The notes under the pieces: model-generated
Database searches by the model: none
What the model was told of the DNA's origin: nothing
Seen by the model: only the letters and a program-made list of their open reading frames with translations
In this document: positions 28,729 through 37,252 of the stretch, piece after piece
Layout: each line of letters opens with the position of its first letter
Position numbering within the stretch: the stretch's first letter is position 1
Virus record (IMG/VR): IMGVR_UViG_3300027631_000012
Reading direction: 5' to 3' (one strand)
DNA length: 64,000 bases
Source: an uncultured virus (IMG/VR IMGVR_UViG_3300027631_000012)
Lineage: Duplodnaviria; Heunggongvirae; Uroviricota; Caudoviricetes
Program-made: the position numbers and the translations under genes

Positions 28729-29325
28729 TTACTTAATATCACTTGATTCAATCAATGTGTATGTAAATGAATTCCCATGAATGTCTCTTGATTTTCTTAC
28801 GATTGACATAAAAGCCTCAAAGTCAGCAGACTTTTTGAATACTTGACATCCTTCAGACCAGTTCTCAACATAAGTTGAATCAGCGCCTGCTTTATGAATG
28901 TTTATTCCAAAAACACCTTCTTGAATTTTATCTTCATTGTAAGTTAAGTCTTTGTTAGCATCTCTATAAACTTTTACGGTTTTAGCTTGTTTCAAAGCTT
29001 CGTATTTACCTTGGTGTAAACCAATTGCGTGTGAACCACGATATTGACCTTCAACTAATCTAGCAACACCAGCAGCATTGTGGTATTCTAAAACACCTTT
29101 TTTACCTGGATCTGTTGTAGCTGACCAAGAATGAAATTTCCATTGGCCATTTTCTTTGTAAGATATTGTTAAAGTATCATCAAACGCATTTGTTACTACT
29201 TGTCCAGTAGCTGAGTTTCTGACACCCACAATATTAACATCAAAACCTTTATTAGCAGCATCATCAAACCAAGCGTATCCTTTTGCTTTTACTGCTGCTT
29301 CAATTTGTTCTCTTGTGTAACTCAT
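28729..29325 (-). CDS. L,D-transpeptidase/YkuD-like cell-wall enzyme
   Basis: GINIHKAG...NWSEGCQVF fits the His-x(14)-Ser-x-Gly-Cys pattern; TTDPG. Confidence 0.55.
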   Translation of the reverse strand: MSYTREQIEAAVKAKGYAWFDDAANKGFDVNIVGVRNSATGQVVTNAFDDTLTISYKENGQWKFHSWSATTDPGKKGVLEYHNAAGVARLVEGQYRGSHAIGLHQGKYEALKQAKTVKVYRDANKDLTYNEDKIQEGVFGINIHKAGADSTYVENWSEGCQVFKKSADFEAFMSIVRKSRDIHGNSFTYTLIESSDIK

Positions 29326-29350
29326 AATTATTCTCCTTTTATATTATTTT

Positions 29351-29902
29351 TTATTGAAAATCTTGAAAGCTTTTAATACCGCCTTCTAGATCATCCAATT
29401 TTTCCTCGCCATGTTCTATTGTATCTTCACCATGTTCTGATGAATTATGTCCCGCTAAAAAGTTAAAAACTTCTTCAACATCATCTTTAGATGTCGCTAT
29501 ATGGTCTACTGCCCAATTATGACCATCCGATAACATTGCATCAACTTCAGCTTCATCCATTTCTAACATCTCATCAACTAATCTTTTAATAGTTTTAAGA
29601 TTACCAAAAAACATATAGTTATTGGTCTCACCACAGTCTTCATTCATAGAACGAAGAGTTTTAGCTAATTCTAATCTTCTTTTTTTAGTAGCGTCTTTTT
29701 TACCTAATTGAGCTCCTGGTTTTTTAGGATCTTTATCTTTAGCTTTAAGAGCTTGTAACTCTGAATCTATTTCTTTTTTAGAAATTTTTTCACCTTCTTT
29801 TTTACCTAAAGACTTTTTTAAAGCACCTGGGTTTTTAATGGCATCTTTTATCCATTTATCTTTTTTTGCTTCGTTAAACGAATTAAATGATTTAATACTC
29901 AT
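29351..29902 (-). CDS. Leader-bearing protein (MSIKSFNSFNE...IKSFQDFQ)
   Basis: Basic N-domain (WIKDAIKNPGAL), acidic C-domain. Confidence 0.6.
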   Translation of the reverse strand: MSIKSFNSFNEAKKDKWIKDAIKNPGALKKSLGKKEGEKISKKEIDSELQALKAKDKDPKKPGAQLGKKDATKKRRLELAKTLRSMNEDCGETNNYMFFGNLKTIKRLVDEMLEMDEAEVDAMLSDGHNWAVDHIATSKDDVEEVFNFLAGHNSSEHGEDTIEHGEEKLDDLEGGIKSFQDFQ

Positions 29903-29918
29903 ATTTAGTTTTTATTTT

Positions 29919-31079
29919 TTATTTTAAAACAGTAACCACCTCTGGATAGTATTCTGAAATTGATGTATTCTTATCATCGTAATTAATTACTGAAAGAACA
30001 TATCTCATCGCATTCAATCTACCAATTTTTTTATCATTTGAATTAACAATAACCCAAGGAGACATTCTACTTGATGTTTTTGAAAACATTTGATTTTTGA
30101 AATTTCCTATAACTTCCCATTTGTCTAATACCTTAGCATCATTTGGAGAAAACTTCCAATATTTAAGAGGACTTTGTTGTCTTAATTCAAATCTTTTGAT
30201 TTGTTTTTCTTGTGTGATAGAGAACCAAAACTTAATTAGAATAACTCCATCATTTATAAGTTTTTCTTCCCAAGGAATAACTTTATCCATAAAATCTTTA
30301 TATTGGTCTTCTGTACAGTAACCCATTGCAGGTTCTACCACAGCTCTATTATACCAACTTCTATCAAAGAAAACTATCTCACCTGGTTTAGGTAAATGTT
30401 TTTCATATCTTCCAAACCAATTTTTCTTTTCTTCGTCAGTTGGTAAACCTAAAGCAACAACTTTGAATCCTCTTGGATTAAGATATTCTGTAAATCTTTT
30501 GATTGTCGAACCTTTACCAGCTGAATCTCTACCTTCAAATACAATAGCCACTTTCTTGTTATTTTTAACAACCCATTCTTGTAACTTTAATAATTCAACT
30601 TGTATTTGATATTTTTCAGACTCGTATTGTTTTCTTGGTAAGATTGATCCTTCACCTCCGGGTATTTCAAATTCTTCTACTCCTGATGGTGTTCCTAAAT
30701 TTTTTACTTGACTTATTCTATCTTCAATTGTTTGATAGTATTCATCAAATGCTTCTCTGACTTTTCTTTTAGTATTTCTTTTTCTTAAATCTAAAATTTG
30801 ATTAACTTTTCTTAAAAAAGCTTCAATATTTAATTCATTAACGAATTCTTGAGTATATTCATTAATTAATTCTCTCATAATAACTTTGATGTCAATTCTA
30901 TCAAAGTTTTTATATTCTACTTTATTAGTAAGTGTATTGTAGTGTATATTTGCAAGTATATAAGTTCTATACTCAGCAAGTCTATACATTAGTTGATTTG
31001 TTGTATCTTGTAACGTAGCACTATCTAACTTTGAGATACTTATTTCTTCGCTAATGAATTTGTTAAAATTGAAAATCAT
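29919..31079 (-). CDS. ppk2: Polyphosphate kinase 2 with about 145 aa N-terminal extension
   Basis: LLKLQEWV, FEGRDSAGKGSTIKR (Walker A), FDRSWYNRA, KFWFSIT, PLKYWKFSPND. Confidence 0.92.
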   Translation of the reverse strand: MIFNFNKFISEEISISKLDSATLQDTTNQLMYRLAEYRTYILANIHYNTLTNKVEYKNFDRIDIKVIMRELINEYTQEFVNELNIEAFLRKVNQILDLRKRNTKRKVREAFDEYYQTIEDRISQVKNLGTPSGVEEFEIPGGEGSILPRKQYESEKYQIQVELLKLQEWVVKNNKKVAIVFEGRDSAGKGSTIKRFTEYLNPRGFKVVALGLPTDEEKKNWFGRYEKHLPKPGEIVFFDRSWYNRAVVEPAMGYCTEDQYKDFMDKVIPWEEKLINDGVILIKFWFSITQEKQIKRFELRQQSPLKYWKFSPNDAKVLDKWEVIGNFKNQMFSKTSSRMSPWVIVNSNDKKIGRLNAMRYVLSVINYDDKNTSISEYYPEVVTVLK

Positions 31080-31126
31080 AAATTAATATATGTTTGATTT
31101 ATATATTAAAATATTAAATCAAAATA

Positions 31127-32029
31127 TTAAACTTTCTTGTCAAATAAATAAAGGTCATAAATAGCGTTGCCTTTAACCTTTTTGATATTTTTTAGAATTT
31201 GACCAGTAGTTGAGTCTAAAACTTTATAAACTCCTATATTAACTCCTTTTTCATCTAAAACTTTAACCGTGTTTCCTGGTTGACCAAGTGCTCCTAAAAC
31301 AGCTATGTATTTGTTACCATAGATACTTTTTAAGAACGATATCTTAGCAGTTGATACATCTTTAATGTTATTAACATAAGCGTTCTCAAGTGGTGCATTT
31401 AAGTCTAAAACAGATTCAGTATTTTTAGTTCTAATTGTAACTGACTTTCTTTCTTCATCACCTAAAGTAACTTCTTCTCTATTTTGAATAGTATTTTGTG
31501 TTACTAATTTTTGTTGATTTCTTCTGATTTCATTAAAGTCTGCCTTAGCAATGATACCACCTCTCATTCCTTTATCATTCATATTATAACCAACTGGGGC
31601 TAATCTATAAAATGATCCTGTAAAAGTCATAGAAAGAATTCTATCTGTTCTAAATAATCTCCATATCTTATCAATATGTCTTTTATTAGAAACAGACCAA
31701 CCATTTAAGTGCCATCCTCTTAAAAGAACTTTACCTTGTGTAGAACGACCTAGTACCATTGGATAAATAACACGTTCATGTCCTGCAAAGTGTTTGTCTT
31801 CTTCGCCTTTGTAGTTAATAAGAAACATCATACCATATTTAATGGCTTTGATCATAATAGCATCAGAATATTTAATAGGTTCGTTGATAGGAATGTTAGC
31901 AATATCTTTAACATTTTTTAATGTAAATCTTGGAACATATTCTCTATCTTCTACTAACTCATAATTTTCTCTGATGGTATATTCAACAGGCTTCTTATTA
32001 TAGTAATCTTTTAATTGAGACAAATTCAT
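31127..32029 (-). CDS. WYL-like domain protein
   Basis: INYKG...ERVIYPMVLG...LLRGWH...WRLFRTDRI. Confidence 0.6.
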   Translation of the reverse strand: MNLSQLKDYYNKKPVEYTIRENYELVEDREYVPRFTLKNVKDIANIPINEPIKYSDAIMIKAIKYGMMFLINYKGEEDKHFAGHERVIYPMVLGRSTQGKVLLRGWHLNGWSVSNKRHIDKIWRLFRTDRILSMTFTGSFYRLAPVGYNMNDKGMRGGIIAKADFNEIRRNQQKLVTQNTIQNREEVTLGDEERKSVTIRTKNTESVLDLNAPLENAYVNNIKDVSTAKISFLKSIYGNKYIAVLGALGQPGNTVKVLDEKGVNIGVYKVLDSTTGQILKNIKKVKGNAIYDLYLFDKKV

Positions 32030-32059
32030 AACATATATATTAATTTATCTTTGTCTAAT

Positions 32060-32779
32060 TTATAACCTTGACTTGGTTATTTCAATCGCATTAGTATTTA
32101 TATCACATCCTATAAAATCTCTATTTAACTCTTTACAAACAACGGCTGTTGTTCCACTACCTAGGTAGAAATCTCCAACTAAGTCTCCTTCATCTGAAGA
32201 TGATACTATAATTCTTTCTATTAAAGACTTTGGTTTCTGTGTATCATAACCAACTCTTTCTTTTTTATCATTTTGACCAAGAATATTCATTTGCCAAACA
32301 TCACCAATTACTTTACCTTCTGGATGATAATACTTTTCCTTTTCATAACCTCTTGGAGCTGATAAAGAATAAGGTTCTCTAACTGGATTGAATTTATAAT
32401 TATCAGTTTTTGAGTAACGATAAATTATATCGTGTCTTTTACCAAAGTCTGACTTCTTTCTAGGTGCTGTATTATAAAACCAAATGATTTCATTTCTCAT
32501 ATTATCATATCCAAAGATATCATCCATAATACAACGGATCCAATGGTTTATTTTAGTATCCATTTGTAGATAGATTGTACCTGTATCTTTAAGAATGCGA
32601 AACATTTCCTTTAAACGAGGAATATAATGTTCTTCAATATCTGATTTAATTGGTTTTAAATCTTGATAGTCTGAGAATTTTCTACCAGTTCCATATAGAA
32701 TATCACAATAAATTAAATCAAGTGATTTATCTTCAATTGATTTCATGAATTCTAAATTATCTTGGCATTCTATTCTCAT
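32060..32779 (-). CDS. DNA amino-methyltransferase (beta class, N6/N4)
   Basis: DLIYCDILY (motif IV variant), NEIIW, YDTQKPKSLIERII, DFYLGSGTT (motif I). Confidence 0.85.
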   Translation of the reverse strand: MRIECQDNLEFMKSIEDKSLDLIYCDILYGTGRKFSDYQDLKPIKSDIEEHYIPRLKEMFRILKDTGTIYLQMDTKINHWIRCIMDDIFGYDNMRNEIIWFYNTAPRKKSDFGKRHDIIYRYSKTDNYKFNPVREPYSLSAPRGYEKEKYYHPEGKVIGDVWQMNILGQNDKKERVGYDTQKPKSLIERIIVSSSDEGDLVGDFYLGSGTTAVVCKELNRDFIGCDINTNAIEITKSRL

Positions 32780-32817
32780 TTTATTTCTATAATAAAAACT
32801 GGATTTGTTTAAAATGA

Positions 32818-32843
32818 AAAGAGAGACTAAAAAGTCTCTCTTT
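32818..32843 (-). terminator. Intrinsic terminator
   Basis: AAAGAGAGACT-AAAA-AGTCTCTCTTT downstream of the lipoprotein gene. Confidence 0.75.
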
Positions 32844-32860
32844 AACCTAACTATTTTTAC

Positions 32861-33034
32861 TTACTGAGCTACTGTAGCTGTATCAACTGATAAGCAAGTG
32901 GTGTCACAAGCTGTTGAGTCTAATACTACTGCTGTAGAGTCTGTAGATGTTGTTTCTGTTTTTTCTGCTCCAGTTGTGCAAGAAGCTAAGAAAATTGTTG
33001 CTGATGCTAAAAGCATGAACGTGATTTTTTTCAT
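32861..33034 (-). CDS. Small lipoprotein (57 aa)
   Basis: MKKITFMLLASATIFLASC signal peptide II and lipobox; Thr/Asp-rich DST repeats; start moved from 33166. Confidence 0.7.
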   Translation of the reverse strand: MKKITFMLLASATIFLASCTTGAEKTETTSTDSTAVVLDSTACDTTCLSVDTATVAQ

Positions 33035-33186
33035 AATTGTTTGTTTTTTTGTTTTTTTTGTAAATAATTTGTGTTGTTTTGTAAATTGTTTGTTTTCAGA
33101 GTATATATCATTTTTTCTAATGTTTGTTTTAAATAAAAAGAAATATTTTTTTAATATATACTTCAATACAAATATACTAAATATTT

Positions 33187-33390
33187 ATGAAAAACATAAA
33201 AAAGTTTGAAAATTTTAAATTTTCTAAAAGTCAACCAGAAGAAATAAATGAGAGTTGTTATTACTCTTGTGATGAATGTGATAATATTTGGAAGTCCGGT
33301 GAAGAGTGTGGTAGTTGTAAATTTTGTGATTCTGATGAAATAGAAGAATTACATGAAGAAGAGTGGAATGAATTATCTAAAAATCAATAA
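33187..33390 (+). CDS. Small zinc-ribbon protein with leader MKNIKKFENF
   Basis: CDEC...CKFC; TAATATATA 33152-33160. Confidence 0.6.
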   Translation: MKNIKKFENFKFSKSQPEEINESCYYSCDECDNIWKSGEECGSCKFCDSDEIEELHEEEWNELSKNQ

Positions 33391-33395
33391 AAAAT

Positions 33396-34103
33396 ATGTC
33401 AATTAATAATAGAGAAGATGCTAATAGATACTACCAAATGATTAATTCATTGGTAGATGATTATTTAGATAAATGGAAAGTTAGACCTTCTAATCTTAAA
33501 AGATACTTACAACCTGGTTCTGAAAGATTTAATAAATTCTTAGAAAGAAATAAACTTAAAGACATTAAAGGTGCTGCTATTATATTAAAAGATATAATCG
33601 AAGATAGAGATAGTATGGAACAAGATGGTGTTATTACATTTGAATCATTTAAAATGTTTGAGTCAGAAGAATTCAAAATTCATTCTATGAAACAATGTCT
33701 TTATAAAGGTATTGAAAAAGCTACTCAGCAAATGGAAAAAGTATTAGCAGATCGTTTTGATACTAACCTAGGTGATATTGATATTGTTGACGCTGATAAA
33801 CACATATTTAAGATAAATGATTGGAATAATCAAGATGTTGAAGTTATTATTTATTCTAAAGAAGATTTGGAAATAATTGAAGGTAATATGATTGATCATT
33901 TATATACTGAATTATCTAAATCTAAAATTTCTTTAACTGATAATATCTCTATTGAATTAAAAGACTTAGTTAAAGAAGAAGTTTTTGAAAATAAAATGTT
34001 TGATATTTTTACACCTGAATTTTTAATTAAAACTATTTCTGATTTATTAGGTGGTGAATACCAAAAAGAAGACCAAGGTAAATATTTTATCTGGATTATC
34101 TAA
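33396..34103 (+). CDS. Hypothetical protein
   Basis: 235 aa; internal VITFESFKMFES. Confidence 0.6.
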   Translation: MSINNREDANRYYQMINSLVDDYLDKWKVRPSNLKRYLQPGSERFNKFLERNKLKDIKGAAIILKDIIEDRDSMEQDGVITFESFKMFESEEFKIHSMKQCLYKGIEKATQQMEKVLADRFDTNLGDIDIVDADKHIFKINDWNNQDVEVIIYSKEDLEIIEGNMIDHLYTELSKSKISLTDNISIELKDLVKEEVFENKMFDIFTPEFLIKTISDLLGGEYQKEDQGKYFIWII

Positions 34104-34238
34104 ATCATGTAACATCATGATAATCTCTTAACACTAATTATATAATAATATTATTACGGTCTTTATTGACTTTTATACTCATTTGTCTTTTTTTAACAAT
34201 TTACTGGTAATATATAAATCAAAATAAAAATTAAATAT

Positions 34239-35075
34239 ATGTTACTAAAAGTAGGATCTAAAGGAAATGAAGTGAAACAACTTCAAGAAAAATTAGGTTT
34301 ATCGGCAGATGGTTCTTTCGGACCTGGTACAGAAAAAGCGGTTAAGGCTTGGCAATCAGCTAATGGATTAACTGCTGATGGTCTTGTAGGAGACGGTACT
34401 TGGAGTAAAATGTTCGGCGGTGCTCCAGCACCAGTTGCGGCGGCTCCTGTTTCTAATGTTGTTATTCCCCCAAGTAGTTTTAAACTAGAAAAATTAAAAG
34501 GACACGTTCCTGATGCTGTTATTGCTCAAATACCAGATACAGCAGCAAAATTCAATATTACTAATCCATTAAGATTAGCTCACTTCTTGGCTCAATGTGG
34601 TCACGAAAGTGGTGGATTCAAAGCAGTATCTGAAAACTTAAACTATTCAGCTAAAGGTTTAGTTGGAACTTTCCCTAAATACTTTAGTGCAGCTACAGCG
34701 GCACAGTATGAAAGAAAACCAGAAATGATTGCTTCTAAAGTTTATGGATCAAGAATGGGTAATGGTGACGAGGCTTCTAAAGAAGGTTATAAATTCAGAG
34801 GTAGAGGTTATATTCAATTAACTGGAAAAAGTAACTACACAAACTTTGCTAAATTTATTGGTGAAGATACAATTGCTAATCCAGATTTAGTAGCAACTAA
34901 ATATCCATTAGCATCTGCAGCTTTCTTCTTTGACTCAAATAAACTTTGGTCAATCTGTGATAAAGGTGCTGACACTGCTACTGTAACTGCTGTTACAAAA
35001 AGAGTAAATGGTGGTACAATCGGTTTAGCTGATCGTATCAAACATTTTAATGAGTATTACGATTTACTTAAATAA
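34239..35075 (+). CDS. Endolysin: peptidoglycan-binding domain plus glycoside hydrolase family 19
   Basis: LKVGSKGNEVKQLQ...ADGSFGPGTEKAVKAWQ; AHFLAQCGHESGGF, FRGRGYIQLTG, TKRVNGG. Confidence 0.93.
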   Translation: MLLKVGSKGNEVKQLQEKLGLSADGSFGPGTEKAVKAWQSANGLTADGLVGDGTWSKMFGGAPAPVAAAPVSNVVIPPSSFKLEKLKGHVPDAVIAQIPDTAAKFNITNPLRLAHFLAQCGHESGGFKAVSENLNYSAKGLVGTFPKYFSAATAAQYERKPEMIASKVYGSRMGNGDEASKEGYKFRGRGYIQLTGKSNYTNFAKFIGEDTIANPDLVATKYPLASAAFFFDSNKLWSICDKGADTATVTAVTKRVNGGTIGLADRIKHFNEYYDLLK

Positions 35076-35091
35076 TATTTAAAATAATTAT

Positions 35092-35127
35092 AAAAAAAGA
35101 GGGAAGATAAACACTTCCCTCTTTTTT
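35092..35127. terminator. Bidirectional intrinsic terminator
   Basis: AAAAAAAGAGGGAAG-ATAAACA-CTTCCCTCTTTTTT. Confidence 0.85.
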
Positions 35128-35347
35128 ATTTTGTATAATTTAATTCGTGATTAAATCTTTTATTTATAAAATCATTTATAACCATACACTTTTCAAATTC
35201 TTCTTTCTCCTCAAAATAGAAAAGTACCTTCTCTAAGAAATCTTTTTTATATGGTTTTAATTTTATATCAAAACACTTATTAGATTCAACTCTGTTATAA
35301 GTTTCCTTCATTACAGATTCATAACTTCTAATCTTAAAATCACTCAT
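35126..35347 (-). CDS. Small protein with UVR (UvrB/UvrC)-like motif
   Basis: LFYFEEKEEFEKCMVI. Confidence 0.5.
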   Translation of the reverse strand: MSDFKIRSYESVMKETYNRVESNKCFDIKLKPYKKDFLEKVLFYFEEKEEFEKCMVINDFINKRFNHELNYTK

Positions 35348-35349
35348 TA

Positions 35350-35979
35350 TTATTTATTGAAATTGTTTAAAAATTCTTTTTCTTCATTTGTTAGATTTTC
35401 AATACCTACTTTATTAATCTTGTCTAATATTTCATCAATATCAAACCTTACCTTATTTCTTTTCTGTATTTTATCTATATCTGACATTTCACTCATTTCT
35501 TTACCCATTCTCATGGCTCTTTCTTTGATATCTTGAAAATTAACATTAAAGCTTTTTTCAAAATCAGGTCTATAGAAAACTAAACCTAAAACCTCAACTA
35601 TATCATCTATTCTATAACCATGTCTATAGTTAATTTCTTTTATTATATTATTAACTACGTCTTTACTAACTGAATCAGAAGTTATAATACATTTATCATC
35701 TTTGAAGATTGCGATGTCATTTTTATCTAAAAAATAAACAATAGTAACTCTTCCATAATCTGGTAATTTGGTTCCAATATAAACCGTATTGTTAACTCTT
35801 GTCTTAAATCTAGATTTTTTGTTTATGACATTTTGATAAACTCTTTCATATTGATCATTTTTATCTTTAATCTCTCTAAGATTATTAACTTTATCTGTTA
35901 GTCTATCAGACCATAACTTAAAAAAATATCCGACAAGAACTCCACCGCCGAATATAGATATTATTTCTAAAACTCCCAT
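35350..35979 (-). CDS. Membrane-anchored protein with C-terminal DUF6576-like domain
   Basis: N-terminal TM; IDEILDKINKVGIENLTNEEKEFL. Confidence 0.6.
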   Translation of the reverse strand: MGVLEIISIFGGGVLVGYFFKLWSDRLTDKVNNLREIKDKNDQYERVYQNVINKKSRFKTRVNNTVYIGTKLPDYGRVTIVYFLDKNDIAIFKDDKCIITSDSVSKDVVNNIIKEINYRHGYRIDDIVEVLGLVFYRPDFEKSFNVNFQDIKERAMRMGKEMSEMSDIDKIQKRNKVRFDIDEILDKINKVGIENLTNEEKEFLNNFNK

Positions 35980-37157
35980 TATTTATATATTTCTTTTCTT
36001 ATTTTTACTATTAAATTGTGAATAAGTTTATTATCCACCATATCTGGTAGGTTAGATTCTTCAAAAAGTTTATCAATTTCAATAATTTCTTTCTCTACTT
36101 TATCAATTAAAGTTTGCAGATCAACTTCTCCTTTTCTAATGGAAATCAGTTCTTTAGCATTTGGTCTACGAACAACAATACCTTTACCTTCAGCAATCTC
36201 ACGAGACATTTGAATAAGTCTCATACAGTGCATCATATTTTTACCATCAATTTTCTGACCATGTGATTGAACATCAACCCAACGAGCTTCATTTCTTTGT
36301 TCTAACCAAGTTTGATAAGATTTATAATCATTACAATGTTGAGTATAACCATCTTTGTTATAAGTAACTACACATATAGGTTCTTCACCTTTTGGAATAG
36401 AAGATAACCTAAGAGCATTTGATTCAGTAGAGTTAATACCTTCATTAGTTTTAACTAAACCTTTATATCCAAATCCCATAGATTTTCCAGATTCTTTTCG
36501 AACTTCAATTAAAGTCTTTCGAGTAGATTCTGATATACTTTCGGAAAACATACAAAAAGCATCTTGGTCAAAATAAACAGCATAAATGTCTCTAGCATTT
36601 GGAACATTTACAACACCAATGAATTTTTCTTCATATCTATCATTGTTCCAAACTTTCCAAGGAATAGATTTTTCACCTTCAATAACATAAACAAAGTCAA
36701 GTACTTCTTTACGAGTTACTTTATCTTTTTCCCAGTTTTGTTTTTTATTCTGACCTTTAGCTTTGCTGATTTGCTGTTTAGCATAACCACCTAAAGATTT
36801 AGCACAGATTTTAGTGATGAACTTTTCACGGTCATTTAGAATTAAATCAAAAATTGGATCTTTATAAAGAACACAATCTTCTGGAGTATTAAGTAGTTCA
36901 AGTACAGTTGGATTGTTAGTTCCTAATAATTCCAAAAATCTACGAATTTCATAGATTACAGTATCATTTTTATCATCATTAATTTGTTCAATATATTTAT
37001 TTCCTAAAATATCATCTTCAGATTGAATAAAAACACCGGAATAATCAGTATCAGAAGTTTCAATATTTGTACCGTAAGCATGTGATCCCCTAATCACTAA
37101 ATATAAAGGTTTAGATCCTGGTGATTTCTCGCTAATTAGTTTTAATAGTTCTTCCAT
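35979..37157 (-). CDS. Nucleotidyltransferase (pol-beta fold, RlaP/YcgL-like)
   Basis: RGSHAYGTNIETSDTDYSGVF, YEIRRF, NPTVLELL, GYA, KNMMHCMRL. Confidence 0.85.
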   Translation of the reverse strand: MEELLKLISEKSPGSKPLYLVIRGSHAYGTNIETSDTDYSGVFIQSEDDILGNKYIEQINDDKNDTVIYEIRRFLELLGTNNPTVLELLNTPEDCVLYKDPIFDLILNDREKFITKICAKSLGGYAKQQISKAKGQNKKQNWEKDKVTRKEVLDFVYVIEGEKSIPWKVWNNDRYEEKFIGVVNVPNARDIYAVYFDQDAFCMFSESISESTRKTLIEVRKESGKSMGFGYKGLVKTNEGINSTESNALRLSSIPKGEEPICVVTYNKDGYTQHCNDYKSYQTWLEQRNEARWVDVQSHGQKIDGKNMMHCMRLIQMSREIAEGKGIVVRRPNAKELISIRKGEVDLQTLIDKVEKEIIEIDKLFEESNLPDMVDNKLIHNLIVKIRKEIYK

Positions 37158-37173
37158 CTTAAAATTATTTTTA

Positions 37174-37182
37174 ACAAATATA
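37174..37182 (-). promoter_or_regulatory. Bacteroidota-type -7 box TATATTTGT upstream of nucleotidyltransferase
   Basis: 16 nt before the ATG; TTTG elements further upstream near 37196-37206. Confidence 0.55.
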
Positions 37183-37252
37183 CTATATTTTTTAACAAAC
37201 TACAAATAAAGATTCTTTGGATTTAATATATAATAAAAATAGATAGATTTAA

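Noticed and set aside
33035..34238. tRNA or ncRNA in the larger intergenic gaps (33035-33186, 34104-34238)
   Set aside because: Extremely AT-rich; no cloverleaf or T-loop GTTC signature seen
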